DNA of 39,175 bases. Source: Minisyncoccota bacterium. GTDB lineage: Bacteria; Patescibacteriota; Minisyncoccia; Phycocordibacterales; Phycocordibacteraceae. The notes under the pieces were generated by a model. The model ran no database searches. It was given only the letters and a program-made list of their open reading frames with translations, and was not told the DNA's origin. The translations under genes were made by a program, and so were the position numbers. The stretch spans positions 1-39,175 of the forward strand of contig JBAYJU010000002.1 of assembly GCA_041664865.1 (NCBI GenBank), written 5' to 3'. Shown piece after piece: positions 38,693-39,175 of this stretch (position 1 is the stretch's first letter; the number at the start of each line of letters is the position of its first letter).

Positions 38693-39175
38693 TGAACTTA
38701 CAAACCTGCTTCCTGAAGAGCGCCAAGAATCGATAATTCGAGGACAACGTCTTCGTTTCATGGTTGTAGTGGCCTCGATTGTTGCGACCTTCAGCTTTGT
38801 GGCATCTATACTTCTTGTGCCTACATACGTATTCCTTGTTAATAGTGCGCAAACAAAGGAGGAGCGACTTGCAGATGTGACTGCTAAGCTTTCTTCTGCC
38901 GAAGATGTGGCGCTGGCCGCACGCATCACGACTCTTTCAAACTACATGCAAAATCTCATCGAGTTTTCGAGCTATTCATCAGTGAGTAGCGTGTTGCGCT
39001 CGGTGCTTGCCACGCCTCGACCTGGAATCACTATCTCCGGATTCACATACACGGCCCATACTGGTAAAAATCCGGCAATACTCGCGATCTCTGGCTCTGC
39101 TCAGACGCGTGAGGCACTGCGTGGATATCAGCTTGCTCTACAGGGAGCACCATTCGCAATCTCGGCAAATCTGCC
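38685..39175 (+). CDS. pilN: PilN-like pilus assembly protein (3' end outside the window; absent from the ORF track)
   Basis: Hand translation from ATG 38685 stays open to the window end. MLDELTNLLPEERQ (NLLP motif) is followed by one TM helix (FMVVVASIVATFSFVASILLV). It overlaps the pilM stop. Confidence 0.6.
   Translation, partial: MLDELTNLLPEERQESIIRGQRLRFMVVVASIVATFSFVASILLVPTYVFLVNSAQTKEERLADVTAKLSSAEDVALAARITTLSNYMQNLIEFSSYSSVSSVLRSVLATPRPGITISGFTYTAHTGKNPAILAISGSAQTREALRGYQLALQGAPFAISANL

Overview
This 39.2-kb window is densely packed, mostly housekeeping DNA from a small-genome bacterium. Several traits suggest a Patescibacteria/CPR-type organism, which is an inference, not a search result. 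These traits are short genes, type IV pilus plus ComEC competence genes, a PrgI/VirB4 T4SS-like cluster, a DUF5652-like protein, a lamin-tail-domain protein, and few Shine-Dalgarno sites. The replication-origin landmark is present: rpmH-rnpA-yidC on the minus strand facing dnaA-dnaN on the plus strand. Other calls:
- Recombination and repair: recJ (partial), ruvA, ruvB, ruvC, ruvX, polA, holA, rnhA.
- Cell envelope: PBP1A, a MurE-like ligase, an S2P protease.
- Translation: rpmB, rpsT, tsaE, a tRNA-binding protein, and 4 tRNAs (Lys-TTT, Arg-CCG, Arg-GCG, Ser-TGA).
- Pilus: pilB, a type IV pilin, pilM, pilN (partial).
- A seven-gene T4SS-like block at 5997-12306.

The unusual observations are:
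1. Two families of hairpin-doublet palindromes are read through in frame inside comEC, tsaE, polA and holA. The polA copy is a perfect 57-nt palindrome. One more copy is intergenic.
2. A compact RAYT-type HUH transposase is bounded by exact inverted GTAG hairpins.
3. Two small islets are each bounded by a diverged, ungapped duplicate of the 5' end of the neighbouring housekeeping gene. One holds an orphan PemK/MazF-like toxin next to comEC. The other holds an unknown gene plus the RAYT next to ruvA.
4. Promoters follow a TGnTAnnnT / TATACT pattern 6-9 nt upstream of ATG, which implies leaderless mRNAs. A few Shine-Dalgarno-led, terminator-bounded orphan genes stand out against this.
5. A perfect 55-nt palindrome fuses the 3' end of tRNA-Arg(GCG) to an inverted copy of itself.

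All homology calls are motif recognition by eye. No database search was possible.
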